NCBI GenBank assembly: GCA_024704765.1
Contig: JAKMXF010000221.1
Coordinates: 620,001 to 684,000, forward strand
Length of the DNA: 64,000 nucleotides
Reading direction: 5' to 3'
Source: Oopsacas minuta
Taxonomy: Eukaryota; Animalia; Porifera
Notes under the pieces: model-generated
Told to the model about the DNA's origin: nothing
The model's database searches: none
What the model saw: only the letters and a program-made list of their open reading frames with translations
Shown here: positions 21,439 to 33,300 of the stretch, piece by piece
Layout of the letters: the number at the start of each line of letters is the position of its first letter
How positions within the stretch are numbered: the stretch's first letter is position 1
Translations under genes and position numbers: made by a program

Positions 21439-22557
21439 CTAGAAACAACTTGTTTTGTTAACACAAGCTGGTCCTCTTTCATCATATTCTTGTTTAACTA
21501 TCCAGTGAGAATGGAAAGAACTGAGCGATGCTAGAATTGAACCACCAATCCATGTGGAATATTGCCTCTCGGGTGGAGCTATTACCTTAACAATAATACT
21601 CCAAGGGGCTAGAGCCCCTATTTCTTTCTGTATACGATCTTGAAATCCTGGGAACATCGTGCTACCGCCTGATAGGAGAATGTTTGCGTAGAGATCTTTC
21701 CTCACATCTATATCACAAGCGGTTATAGCGTTGTAAACAAACTTGTGTACTCCTTCCATTTCCCTATCTAGCAAGGAGGGACGGAAAAGTGTTTCTGTAC
21801 ACCGGAACCTTTCATCCCCCATCGTGAATACCTGACCGTCTGGGAGTTCATACACTCTCTCGATATCAGAGCATGAGTTAGCCATTATCATTTCTTGGTC
21901 AAAATCGGTAGCCACATACCCCAATTTCTCCTTCAAGTCCCGGATGATTTCCCGTTCAGCACTTGTAGTGAATGAATATCCTCGTTCAGTTAAGATATTC
22001 ATTAAGTATTCGTTTAAGTCAGATCCAGCGAGCTCTTTCCGTTGTATTGCATTCGAAAATGTGTACCCTTGATAAATGGGAAGTGTATGACTTACTCCCT
22101 CCCCAATGTCTAGCACCATGGCAGAACTTCTGCCTGAAGCGTAAACAGCGAGGACTCCTGGTATTTGAAAGTATGTACACGGGCAATTGAAAGTTTCAAA
22201 CATTATTTGCATCATTTTTTCCCGATTCGCTTTGGGGTTCATTGGTTGTTCAGTGAGAAGGACAGCATGATCCTCTGGAGCGACACACAGTTCATTATAG
22301 AAAGTATGATGCCAAATCTTTTCCATATCATCAAAGTTTGTAACTATTCCTCGTTGCATTGGATAGGTTAGTGAGAGGATACCGCGTTTTACTTGTGCCT
22401 CATCTCCAACATAGCTTGATTTTTTTCCCATACCAACTAATGAAGCTTCAAGGTATGGATTTCCGACCATGGATGGAAATACAGCTCGTGGCGCGTCATC
22501 TCCTGCAAATCCTGCCTTACACATGGCAGTACCATTGTCGATAACCAAAGCCTGCAT
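21439..22557 (-). CDS. divergent actin / actin-like protein, intronless
   Basis: [60 protein letters not shown]; many substitutions versus conventional actin. Confidence 0.95.
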   Translation of the reverse strand: MQALVIDNGTAMCKAGFAGDDAPRAVFPSMVGNPYLEASLVGMGKKSSYVGDEAQVKRGILSLTYPMQRGIVTNFDDMEKIWHHTFYNELCVAPEDHAVLLTEQPMNPKANREKMMQIMFETFNCPCTYFQIPGVLAVYASGRSSAMVLDIGEGVSHTLPIYQGYTFSNAIQRKELAGSDLNEYLMNILTERGYSFTTSAEREIIRDLKEKLGYVATDFDQEMIMANSCSDIERVYELPDGQVFTMGDERFRCTETLFRPSLLDREMEGVHKFVYNAITACDIDVRKDLYANILLSGGSTMFPGFQDRIQKEIGALAPWSIIVKVIAPPERQYSTWIGGSILASLSSFHSHWIVKQEYDERGPACVNKTSCF

Positions 22558-22689
22558 TTTAGCCCAAATTTAGAAAATATATATTCTAAGAAACTACCAA
22601 AAAAACTTTCATTGTATGATATTGTAATAGAAAATTAACTTTACATTAACAATTATTAGAACAGTAAGTTTTTATGAATTATAATAAAC

Positions 22690-23046
22690 AAGGTAAGTAA
22701 GATAAGATAAGTAAGATGATAAGTAAGTAAGATAAGGTAAGTAAGATAAGGTAAGTAAGATGATAAGTAAGTAAGATAAGGTAAGTAAGATAAGGTAAGT
22801 AAGATGATAAGTAAGTAAGATAAGGTAAGTAAGATAAGGTAAGTAAGATAAGGTAAGTAAGATAAGGTAAGTAAGATGAGGTAAGTAAGATAAGGTAAGT
22901 AAGATGATAAGTAAGTAAGATAAGGTAAGTGAGATAAGGTAAGTAAGATAAGGTAAGTAAGATGATAAGTAAGTAAGATAAGGTAAGTGAGATAAGGTAA
23001 GTAAGATGATAAGTAAGTAAGATAAGGTAAGTGAGATAAGGTAAGT
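22690..23046. repeat. minisatellite of 14-bp (AAGATAAGGTAAGT) and 16-bp (AAGATGATAAGTAAGT) units
   Basis: About 18 copies of AGGTAAGT counted, interspersed with 16-mer variants. Confidence 0.95.
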
Positions 23047-23138
23047 GCTATATATTATGAGTCCAGATTAAGGTTCAGTGGACAATCTACTTAAGCAAAC
23101 TAGTTGAAAGAACTGGAGTCAAAGTATGACGGATCATT

Positions 23139-24554
23139 TTAAAAATCATAATTCTCTGGTTTTTGATTGTAGAGATGATAACAGAATTTTTGATTTTCTG
23201 GTTCTGACTTCTGACTGAACTCTGGTACAATGCTTGAATTGTCTACACGATTTAGGACACCAGTTGCTGCAAATTGATATTCCTGTAGTGAAGAAGTTGG
23301 GACATATGCAGAAATCAATTGCGGGTTTTCACAGTGAACAATTGGACCACTGTGTTTAAAACAGGCAGCTTCCATCAAATGGTCAGCGAAATAATTATGA
23401 CCTCTTCTCAGATAGAAATCTTGTCCAGCTGCAATATCGAATATAGGATTATTTATTCGCTCTGATGTATCCATTGCATTTAAATAGGATGGTATAGATA
23501 CATTTTGATCATCATGCTTTGAATATCCTTGAGAGGATACTGTATCTGGAGATATTCCTTGAAAATATATTTTATTTGGAGATATTCCTTGGAAGGATAC
23601 TGTATTTGGTGATATTCCTTGGAAGGATACTGTATTTGGTGATATTCCTTGAAAGGATACTGTATTTGGAGTAATTCGTCGTTGTTTTACCTGTTGGGCA
23701 AGTACAGACGGTTTTTGATCTAATAGAGTGGGGAGTATCTGATATTTATGATTGTGTGCTAATGATATGGGAATCATTGCTTGTTGGTGTGCTGTTGGTA
23801 TATGAGTCATTGCTCGTGTATGTGCTGTTGGTATATGAGTCATTGCTTGTGTATGTGCTGTTGGTATATGAGTCATTGCTTGTGTATGTGCTGTTGGTAT
23901 ATGAGTCATTGCTTGTGTATGTGCTGATGGTATAGGAATCATTGCTTGTGTATGTGCTGATGGTATAGGAATCATTGCTTGTTGGTGTGCTGATGGTATA
24001 TGAACTACTGCTGACTGTTGATGTGTTTGTGTTAACGGAGTACTGGATAGTCCTTTTTGTTGTGCAGCAAGCTGAAAGGGTTGAATAAAATTGTTCTGAG
24101 TACATGTGGATACTACTTTAGGTAAGATGGCGGGTTCCTGAAGCTGATAGAGAGAGATTGGTGCTGGTGGAATAATAACTCTTTGTTCTATGAAGGATTG
24201 TTGAGGAGGTAAAATAACATTATGAGTTGACGATTTAGGGATAACTACGTTCTGCTTGGGAAAAGCTCCCTGATGAGTACATGAAGGTTGTGATGACGGT
24301 GTGTTTATAGGAATAATGACATTTTGTTGTACACATGTCTCAGCTGGATTGTTGTTTAGTTCTTTTTGAGAAAATAGGGCAAATACCGGTGGAGCAATGT
24401 TTACCTCTTGTTTGAGATTTGTCTCGTGAAGAGGTAGCCCTTCTTGGAGGTGGGAAGCTAATTGTGGAATCGTATATACGGAAGGGATTGCCACTTCTTG
24501 TTCGATATGTGTAGTCAAGATGTTGGATCGGGGAATTGCAGCATTTGAATCAAG

Positions 24555-24610
<56 letters not shown>

Positions 24611-27338
24611 GAGGGGGTTGGAGTTGATATGATTTCAACTCTTGTGTCGTATTAGCAGGCAGTTTATCTTGTCGATGTGAAGCAAAATCTGTTGGAATAA
24701 CGATAGCTGATTCCGATTGTGGATATTCGTATCTTGGTATTGCATGTTGAACGTTTTCGGGTATATAGGGGCTGATAGGGATATTAGTTGTATTGTATGC
24801 AACTAAGTCATTCAGTGGGTAACTATCTGGACCTATAGGAATTTGTGGTTGTATTACTTGATCCATTGGAATTGTTGATTGATTTTGGAAACTTGGAATT
24901 TCGGGATGATGGAGATGATCTTGGATACTAAAATTTGAGATTTCCAATGGATGGCTATTAGGGATAGATCCTGTGGTATATTCTAATGCAGGTGCATTTG
25001 ATGAACAGTTATTCGTTGGTGGATACTCCCCTTTCTCTCCTAATACATGGGCAATTACTATTATGAGTTTACCTTTTTCTTCCAATTCAATTTCTGGTGA
25101 GTCGTAAAATGCTGTGCTAGACCGAAGCCATACCCAACCAGTTTTAGATTTGCTCAAATACTCACAAGTTTGTGCTTCTCCTTTCTCACACAAAACTGCA
25201 CATGCTGGTGTCATGGTATTTATGAAATCTTGATGTATAAAACTCAAAGCTGATTGTCCTTGGACTTCGTCCTGTTCAAAGCCAACGTATCTATGTGCTC
25301 GGTGATCTTGATAGAGAATTTCTAGCGTGTCAATACTAAGAAGCGTGACAAATATATGATCAGTCAAGGGTCGATCCATCCACTCGTCAACAAAAGCAAG
25401 ACTACATAGTATATGTACCAGTCCATCACTAGCATCGATGGTCCCCTGTAAATTGTATACCCGGTAGCCAGAGGTCATGGTAATTATATTTCGTGATCTC
25501 CTGGTGGGAAAACGCAACCTGCAATAGTGTAAGAAATTCTTTAATTTCTTGCTTCTAAAATTTTCCAAAGTTTCACTCAGTTGAATCAGATCATCATGGT
25601 AAGCTAGTTTGCTGAAAGGTTGTCCAATCAATTTGTAGCTTAGCGAGCCGATGAATTTGTGTGAATTTGTACTGAGGTAACATATCGTCAAATGCTGGTC
25701 CAATACTATATGGAAATTCCCGAGGAGATCCAGGAAGCTCTTGTCCGATTCTTGTGACGCATTAAGCACTGACTATAGAGAGAATTAAAATAATAAAATT
25801 ATTCTAGTACATAATGGCGATATTATTAGTGCATATTTCCAGTAATTCACGTAACGAAAGGCTTTCATGATGTATGAAAATGTAGATACTTTAAAAGTTC
25901 TATTTTTGGATAAAAGACATTTTCAGAATGGAGATAGTCATGTAATGACTACAACCTTTGATTAACTCAATATCCATAAATATTAATAAAATAAACACAA
26001 TGAATAAATAATAAATTGAAGTATAATATTGTTGGTAAAGTCTGTACGAGTTAAAGTCATTAAATAAATAAAATTGGAACCAATTGAATAATTAACACAA
26101 TTATTTATTATAATCTGTGTTGCTAGCTTGCGCTGTGCGGTTTGAGCAGAAATGAATGTCCATTTTCTTCAATCAACTTAGAAAAATCAAAACAGTTTTT
26201 ATAGAAAATGTGTAATTTTTATTCAAATAATTTTACCAAAATATACTTTAATCATAATTCAGTTCGTTCTCTCTAATTGTCCATTTGTTTATACACAAAA
26301 ATTTTGTAATCGTTATTCACCTCGAATTCTCTAATCGTGCGCATTCTCTAATTGTCTGCTTGCCAACTGGTAGACATTAGTGAAGACTCAGAGTATTTGT
26401 GAAATTTCTGGCAATATTTTTAGAAAATTTCAAATGAACGAATCCTGCCAAAAATATGAAAAAGTATTTTAGAATTTATTGATGGCAATTGTGACACAAT
26501 TTACAGCTGTCTTTCTTGAATTTATTACTTATAACAAATGATTATTTTAAAATCGCGATTAATCAGCTGTATAATAATATTCGATAATTTAATTATAAAT
26601 GCTCTCCCCATGGTATCAAAAATAATTGTCAGTCATTGCTAAAATTATTAAACGCTCTACTCACGGGAATTTATTCACTAAAATGCTATTTTTTGCTTTG
26701 TTATTCAGTTTCATAATTATTCGTTAGTTGTGTGAATTCGTTCCAATTCATTAGTTGCAATTACTTTGTTCTTTACTTAATTCTGGGAACTTATTTGGAA
26801 CTTTTGAGTTTGACATCAATTAGCTTATAATAATAATGACGATGATAATAATAATAATAATAATAGTAATAATAATAATAATAATAATAATAGTAGTATA
26901 CAACAAATCTTTACGATTCAAGAACCTTTCTACGAAACTATTAGTCAACCACCTGACGAAGAACCCGATAATACACAAGATGTCACAATCAATACCACAA
27001 TTACAACAGATTTAGAATATACTAGTTCAGAAAATTCAAATGATCATCTCTAAACCAAACATGATTACATAGCCTGTCAGCAATCAACACTTTCAGAAAC
27101 CACCATTGCTCAAATCCACTTTATATAGTAACTCCCATAAATAATATTAGTAAGCCCAGATACGATTTATCATCTTTTGTTACTCAGAAATCTAGAATGT
27201 TCCTTCAAACCTTAGACTAGCAGCAATCAGTTATATTTAGTACTATAGTTGTGTTTGTACTGATGAGCTGGATAAATAGCCGGCGAAACAAATTATGTTA
27301 TTGTCTACTACTATTAAATCTACATATACTCTTTAGTT

Positions 27339-27376
<38 letters not shown>

Positions 27377-28209
27377 AGAATTTAAGGACGCTTCCAGATT
27401 AAGTATATTCCCTCTAAAAATACAAAAACAGAACAAAAATATTATTTAAAATTTACAAATACATTTTAGTGAGTAATTTGGTCTTAGAAGTGTTTCTAGC
27501 TTTGGAATTATTTGAATTTATACGAGGGGAATTCCAAAAGTTTTGTCGTTTATATATTTGCATAATCGATATTACTTGTTGTATAGCCAAAGACAAAATA
27601 ATACACTTTACTATCTGTCATTTGTCCCCTTAAATATGTTTATGGATGAAAGGATACGAAAATTACAATAAAATAAACAGTAAACTGTCTAGAAATAAGA
27701 AATTACACAAAGATTAGCTTTGAAAATGTAAAATATCTTCGAGGCAATTACAGAGTGTTACAATCTGCCATTAATATTTTGGGAAATGTTATAATCTAAT
27801 TAAAATTTGTTTATGATATCAAATGAAAATTAATCATAATTTCACACCTTTTAAATTTATTAATATATTGTCACCTGTTATCGTTTCGAGTTTTTACCAA
27901 ACAATTATAACATATTTTAATGATTTTGGCGGGGAAAGCATTTCTAAAATTCTATAGAAATGATTTCCTAATCTTTGAAAGCGAAAACGAGAATTATTAA
28001 CAAATAATTACCTGAAAAAATCCTTTGCCTTCAGCTCCCCTCAAAGAATTGTCTTTATTGTTATTTTTCGCAGATTCCATCGTTGAAATTGAGAGACGTA
28101 GAATAGATTGAGAATCCAAAGTAGATTTGATATTATCTGGGAAAGGTAGAAGGTTGCATAACTCCGATAATTTCTGACGGAACTTATCGTGTCTTTTCAC
28201 TTTAGACAT
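23139..28209 (-). CDS. class I bHLH-PAS transcription factor; bHLH exon 28209-28012 spliced to exon 25772-23139
   Basis: bHLH KRHDKFRQKLSELCNLLPFP..LDSQSILRLSIS; phase-0 donor CAG|GTAATT and acceptor TATAG|TCA across a 2.2-kb intron; PAS-A (LLGNFHIVL..ICYLS) and PAS-B (GFEQDEVQGQSALSFIH..WVWLRS); Q/P-rich tail. An upstream exon cannot be excluded. Confidence 0.85.
23520..24611 (-). repeat. coding tandem repeats in the bHLH-PAS tail: polyQ (~19 CAA codons, 24555-24611), 33-bp/11-aa repeats (QAMTHIPTAHT-like, about 8) and 30-bp/10-aa repeats (PNTVSFQGIS-like, about 5)
   Basis: Visible in the translation and in the DNA. Confidence 0.9.
26828..27374 (+). mobile_element. possible 5'-truncated Penelope-like element or retrozyme remnant bracketed by (AAT)n
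   Basis: (AAT)n tracts at ~26828-26892 and ~27342-27374 enclose a stop-terminated ORF tail and a hammerhead ribozyme. No RT or GIY-YIG sequence is present, so the class is inferred. Confidence 0.4.
27245..27314 (+). ncRNA. type I hammerhead ribozyme
   Basis: Core CTGATGA (27260-66); stem II GCTGG/CCGGC with loop ATAAATAG; GAAA (27285-88); stem III ACAA/TTGT; GTC cleavage triplet (27303-05); stem I GTA/TAC plus ATAGT/ACTAT across a 7x1 internal loop. Confidence 0.85.
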
Positions 28210-29198
28210 TTACGGTGGAATAATTTCTTCGAATTTTCAGTTTCGACTTTTGAATGGTTTGTTTATGCAATTGTGTGTATTTATGAAGTTTATATACCTA
28301 CTGTGAGGTTAGGTATTATTTAGGAATGTGCATAGACGCTACTAGCGCCTATATGGGCTGGAACTTGTCCAGTTTCCACCCTGGAATCTTGTCCCAGCTC
28401 AGATGAACCAATTTCTCGCCGTACTAGAGACATAGGTACAAGCCACAAGTAGGAGGTAATTATCACAGATAATTCGTCATCGTCACATTAAGTCATAATA
28501 GTATGATTATATCTGCAGAGAAAGCGTTCGATTATTCTGGTTCATTGATTGCAATTACAAAATCAACATTGGAATCACCGCGATTTCTCCAAAATAGAGC
28601 TAGTCAATAACCTTTCCCATAACGTGAATTACTAATAATAGGTTTAGAAGACTTTATGGAATATTCGATAGGAATACTTAACTTTGTAACTATTTACAAA
28701 TGGATAATCTGAATAATAATAATCGTTCTTGGAGAAGGGGAAGAGGTGGCCGAAGACGTGATGAGCAAGCATTTCTACATGAAATGCTTAGAAATGTGAA
28801 AATATAATAACGGTAGTACACATTGTAATTACAATTTATAAACATCAACCATTCACACTTTATTTCAATTTAGAGTGAAAATGGGAGCCGCCAGAGGGCT
28901 GAGAGGAGGCTGCAACAACAACAACAATAACAACAACAAACAATGTGATGTGTCTTTTTTTGCGTCTTTTGTTTAGTTTGTGTGTTGTAAATATCGTATG
29001 GAAATTAAATCGCGCCGAGTTCATCTCGAAGCGACGAGCCAAAGACTCAGATTATATTAAGTTTGAAGAATAAAATTAAATACAAAGTTTTAATAATAAA
29101 CTATTTTCAAATATTTATTTTGAATAATTTTTAAATGTTCTTACCTTCTATCAAAGGAAATTTATCTTTAGGAAATTCCTTTGCTCCAAATAGCATTT

Positions 29199-29306
29199 AT
29201 TTACATCCCGGTATTCTCATATTTACATCCCGGTATTCTCATATTTACATCCCGGTATTCTCATATTTACATCCCGGTATTCTCATATTTACATCCCGGT
29301 ATTCTT
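29199..29306. repeat. 22-bp tandem repeat ATTTACATCCCGGTATTCTCAT, about 4.9 copies
   Basis: Four exact copies plus one nearly complete copy. Confidence 0.95.
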
Positions 29307-30386
29307 ATTTGTTTGTAAAGTTATACAAATTTTCAAGTAATCAAACACAAAAAGTAACAAGTCAGACCAAGGGTTACCGATTATTTTCTTGTAGATTACG
29401 TATTCGCATTATCAATAAGGTTGTTGGTGTTCACAATATGTTACCAGTGGATGGTCCCATTCTTATTGTATAGCAAAAAGCGTAACACAGCGAGGTGTCA
29501 AATTGTCTGGAATTTTACGCTTGAACAACCCCTTAGTGTTCTTAAAATTTGGAATTTGAAGACCTGAAACCACAAATATTTATTCTTCAAATACCCTTGC
29601 GATATTTCATCATTCCAGGATTTTCAGTATTCGTATGCATTTTGTGATTAATGTTTATTTGTTTGCAAAACAAATAAAATCTTTATTTTTTCACTCTCAA
29701 GCATTTTAACCGTCTGCTTTTATTCATATTTCAGCTCCTTGACCTACCTTTTAGATCCCCGATCTTACAATGCAAACAATTGCAAGTTGAATAGTTGACA
29801 ACTTCGCATAGTATATCTTTCTGAATTTCATTTTCAATAATTTCTAGACCCGCTCAAAGGCGCCCACTTATACTTTTCTTGACACTAAGTGTATGGGGCA
29901 CACCCATTCGGATGAATTTTACTTTTAGAAAAATTATAGTATAGTTATAACATTCTATAATTACTGTATTTCTAATTCATTTGTATTATTTTATCAAATA
30001 TCCACTGCATTATTAAATTCAGTATACGCATTGTTATTCAAGTTTATCAATAAACAGGGCTTGGCTGGTATTAACAATCACAAGTTTATAACTCATATCT
30101 TCTTGAACCATAATTATTAATTTTATCAAAATACCACAGATTACGTCATAGTCTCATTTCCAGAAGTGCAACCAAAATCTGGTCCCATTTTTGAAATCTA
30201 CAGTGTCGATTTACTATATATGACAACATTTTAACATATATCTTCAGTGTAAGTACCTATTACCCCATAATCGCCATTTGGCCACACTGTGAGCTACAAA
30301 TGTCATATGAGTATGTTGTCTATGTACACACATGTGTAACTTGTGACTAAATTATGTTCTATAGCTGTTACTGATTAGCCAATTAG

Positions 30387-33300
30387 ATGACGGGGTTGAG
30401 TGAGAGCTTCTGGAGTTCTCTGACTGAGGAGTCTGGTAACAGTATGCCAATTAGTTTGGAGGAAGAATTCTTATTGGTTGAGAAGAGCAACCATAAATGG
30501 GATGGAATGCTGGAGTTCATTCAACAACAACCTATTCAAGGTTATTTGCGATATATGCACATGAGGGTGTCTAGCCCATAACTGTCTTCGCGGGATATCC
30601 TGCTTTACCGGATATTTTAGGTCTTATGTAGATGTTTACTTACACAAATAAATTTTCACCATTTTTCATAAAATCAATATTTCAATTTTTACATATTTAC
30701 CGTTGCTAGGAACTACAGAAGTATGTGAATCAGCTGATAACCAATCTCTGATAAGATTTCCTTCACAATCTATCTGGGATAAATCACGTGTAATTCTAAC
30801 AACTGATTCTATTACTAACTTTATTAACGCTTCTTACATCACACTACCCAAAGTATGTTTATTTCCAACAGGTGTTAGAGTTAGAGTAAATTGTATACAT
30901 TTTCGAGATGTCGTTATTTATTTGAGGTTTACAAAAGGTGTGAAAATGTGATTAATCGAGAGGATTCACATCTCTTAATATTATTATCCTTCAAATTTAT
31001 ACTCAATAATTATCCTTACGACTAACCCTAAGTTTATTGACGTTCACATTTAGCCATAAATGGAACTATTCAAATATTGAAAATATTTCTTTTGACAAAA
31101 AATAGTGAAAAATTCATATTATTTGGATCTACAATTATAAATCCAGAGAAGTATTTAGAAAAGGTTCGTGGCCTGTGACCTTATTAACCTGAGTCTCCTG
31201 TGTATAGGTAGACCGCCGGTACATCCTCACAGAGTCTCCTCTTCTTAACACTATGACTAACTTCTGGTTAATGATATGGCAGAACCAAATAAATTCAATT
31301 ATCATGATGAATATATTCAATGAAAAGACTGACTCACCGACCAATCAAATTCATGCTTATATGCCTATTGGGGGTGAGAATGGAGATACAGATTCTAAGG
31401 AGTTTGGTGATTACGTCATAACTTATGATTCTAGAGAGGTTAGTTATTAACAGCTGCATTCCTTACTCATAGTTTTGTAACCAAGGAGAATTTGACTGAA
31501 TGAGGGAGTTTGATTATTGTTTGTTGTTGTCTAGAGCTATCCTAGCTTTGATGTGACACTACTACTGGTTACTGAGCAGAGCTCTGGATTGTCTCGTAAT
31601 ATTACTCACTATGCATTCCATTCTTGGACTATGGATACAGAGAATCCAACTCATTCTTCTAGGTATATATCTTAACCAATCAAATTAGATTCTCAGAGAT
31701 AGTTGTAAAGAACTCATAACCAATAGAATATCAGTCTGTATATACTGGTAAACCCTCAAATCTGATAGGTCAAGTTCTTAACATTCCATTCATATAGGTG
31801 TGAAGATATGTTGGGATTTATATTCCAATTATACTCAAGAGGACTATTCATTAAATCTGACCATTCAGTTCCCTCTCCTCCTGTTCTAGTACACTGTTCA
31901 GATGGTCTTGGTAGATCTGGCGCCTTAATTCTCCTGGAGTACTGTCTTCAAATTCTTATGCGTAACCATTCACTCAAAGATGTAAAGGTAATGCTATTTA
32001 TACGTTTGTGTTGACCTATGAGAATTGAGGGTTATAGCCAGTATATATAGACCGATATTCTATTGGTTTATTCACATTTTAACACCAATCTGATACTGTA
32101 AATTTATTTGTTAAGAGTTTACCACTTCAATCCGTCCCTGTAGATTATACTAACAGTTTTGTTAAATATACACACATTTGTTTAATAGAGCTTATCAATT
32201 TCTTCAATTTTAATTACAGGAGGATTCCCACTGAATCTAAATTTAGGATTTTCATCTGTCAAAATAGGAATTTGAGTTTTGATAATAACATTCTTTAAAC
32301 TGCAGTTGTATCCAAGGAAATTATTTGTACCCTCTAGTCCCCTATATCCCCAGGTCGCTATGACTCCCTTAGGGTGCTTGAGGTACCCTAGTGTCCTATG
32401 TGTTAGTTCCAAATAGTAACAAAACCATACACCAGCTATAGTCTTGTACCAATCCGTCTTGTCACCGTAATTAATATTTCTAGCAGCAAATGTATTGCCG
32501 AGATCTTTAATGTTAAATTTATTGCTATTTATAGTTTCTCTCGCCCAATCAGAAAACAGCCTCCAGACCAGAGGATTTGGGAATAAAGCTCGTGAATTGA
32601 TTGGCTGAGACATCACGAGGTTGTCTTGGTATTGAGCTGATAGTTTCAAATAGGCTTTAGAATTTGGCGGGAAAGTTAGTGGCGGTTCTAGGCTGACACC
32701 TCCTATATTTCCTTCTAACCAGCTGATTGATTCTTTGATTGAATCCATTGCTTTAGTTAATGCTATGTAGAAATATGTAGATAATGTGACGTCATCTTGA
32801 AAGAGTATAAATTGTGTAATACCCAACTTATCAACTTCTAACCATTGTTCTAATTGAGTCAAATGTTTATGTGACAAGTGGATCAATTTATCTCCATGTA
32901 CCCATTTAGAATTTGACACTACGTTAAGTGTTTGTAAATCAAATAATTGTGTCTTCCCTCTGTTCACAATTATAGCCAGGTTTAAGTGGCAGTTGTATGC
33001 CACATTGTTCAGCTGTGTGATTAATCTCTCTAAGGAATGTGGCTTATTTAGTGTCACAACTACAAATGTCAAATCTGAATTATCAAAATATTCCCCTTTT
33101 CTTGTATTTTGAATGTTTCTTATAGCTGTGTTGTAACCTTCACTAAACTTAGTAACGAGATTGGTGGATAGGAATGTGTGTTTGACTTTATCATATATCA
33201 TTATTTCTTTATCAGAATGTATAGTTTGGAATTCTGAACATAGAATTGAAGAGTGGCTAGTTTTGACACCAAAAATCTTTTCGTTCCAGTCTGTCTCACC

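Noticed and set aside
22690-23046. CRISPR interpretation of this and the other tandem arrays (29199, 55953, 58370)
   Set aside because: No unique spacers, no cas genes, and a eukaryotic context.
29371-29473. VVGVHNMLPVDGPILIV resembling the start of a PlsC acyltransferase
   Set aside because: It stops immediately, before the HxxxxD motif, and there is no continuing exon; the ORF's 5' part is only the 22-bp repeat.
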